Below, in pieces: positions 31,612-32,000 of a DNA stretch of 32,000 bases. The DNA comes from Mycolicibacterium smegmatis (lineage in GTDB: Bacteria; Actinomycetota; Actinomycetes; Mycobacteriales; Mycobacteriaceae): the NCBI RefSeq assembly GCF_001457595.1, contig NZ_LN831039.1, positions 2,430,001 to 2,462,000 on the forward strand, written 5' to 3'. A model generated the notes under the pieces. That model saw only the letters and a list, made by a program, of their open reading frames with translations, ran no database searches and was not told where the DNA came from. Numbering within the stretch: the first letter of the stretch is position 1; every line of letters starts with the position of its first letter. The position numbers and the translations under genes were made by a program.

Positions 31612-32000
31612 ATGACGGCTGCCGACCAGCAACCCATCCGGACCCGCGCCCTGGTGATCGGCACCGGGTTCTCCGGGCTGGGCATGGCCATCGAACTGCA
31701 GCGCCGTGGCGTCGACTTCCTGATTCTGGAGAAGGCCGACGAGATCGGCGGCACCTGGCGCGACAACACCTACCCGGGATGCGCGTGCGACATCCCGTCG
31801 CACATGTACTCGTTCTCGTTCGAGCCCAAGGCCGACTGGAAGCACATGTGGTCCTTCCAGCCCGAGATCCAGGACTACCTGCTGGGCGTGACGGCCAAAT
31901 ACGGACTGCGCCGTCACATCCACTTCAACTCGCACGTCGACCGCGCGCACTGGGACGACGAGGAACTGCGCTGGCATGTGTTCACCAAGACCGGCCAGGA
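31612..32000 (+). CDS. Flavin-containing (Baeyer-Villiger-type) monooxygenase, N-terminal part (3' end outside window)
   Basis: The ATG at 31612 follows GGAAAGGA. ALVIGTGFSGLG (GxGxxG FAD site) and ILEKADEIGGTWRDNTYPG.ACD are typical of class B flavoprotein monooxygenases. The frame is open to the window end. Confidence 0.85.
   Translation, partial: MTAADQQPIRTRALVIGTGFSGLGMAIELQRRGVDFLILEKADEIGGTWRDNTYPGCACDIPSHMYSFSFEPKADWKHMWSFQPEIQDYLLGVTAKYGLRRHIHFNSHVDRAHWDDEELRWHVFTKTGQ

Overview
High-GC actinobacterial chromosome, most likely a fast-growing mycobacterium (Mycolicibacterium smegmatis-like). That assignment is an inference: NrdH, NrdE, LigB and DinB2 closely match the M. tuberculosis proteins as I remember them, and the DinB paralogue has Leu14. 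I call 33 protein genes plus one candidate leader peptide. In order they are: hypD (3' end), hypE, ligB, a membrane-anchored sulfite-oxidase-family molybdoenzyme, an SDR, poxB, an hxlR-type regulator divergent from a SAM methyltransferase, an APH-like kinase, a TauE/SafE exporter, a stand-alone LeuA regulatory-domain protein, a Cyp136-like P450 with divergent TetR and SDR, lipoprotein alkaline phosphatase phoA, a tetR-dinB2-ABC/AAA ATPase operon, an FMN reductase, nrdH-nrdI-nrdE, a small conserved protein, an HTH-less LysR effector-domain protein, a VOC/glyoxalase, an OFA-type MFS transporter with a 47-aa small membrane ORF, a GNAT, a TetR with an LLM (F420-type) oxidoreductase, a geranylgeranyl-reductase-family flavoprotein, a TetR, and a Baeyer-Villiger-type monooxygenase (5' part). 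From memory, the backbone is syntenic with M. tuberculosis Rv3049c-Rv3062, with extra genes inserted. I found no rRNA, tRNA, CRISPR array, IS element, prophage or obvious defence island, so most of the window is ordinary core chromosome. The observations most worth follow-up are: (1) a predicted leaderless 13-codon Leu/Val-rich uORF with a hairpin upstream of the orphan LeuA regulatory-domain gene, a candidate branched-chain amino-acid attenuator; (2) the tightly chained tetR-dinB2-ATPase operon, where the ATPase has no nuclease partner; (3) a composite repeat after nrdE with mutually exclusive long helices, and a separate 60-nt near-perfect hairpin at 29356-29415; (4) a sharp compositional switch inside poxB; (5) back-to-back predicted leaderless promoters in a 28-bp divergent gap next to an HTH-less LysR-like protein with a basic tail; (6) tandem NrdR boxes and a PafBC-like promoter motif upstream of nrdH. 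All regulatory calls come from reading the sequence by eye and need experimental or computational confirmation.
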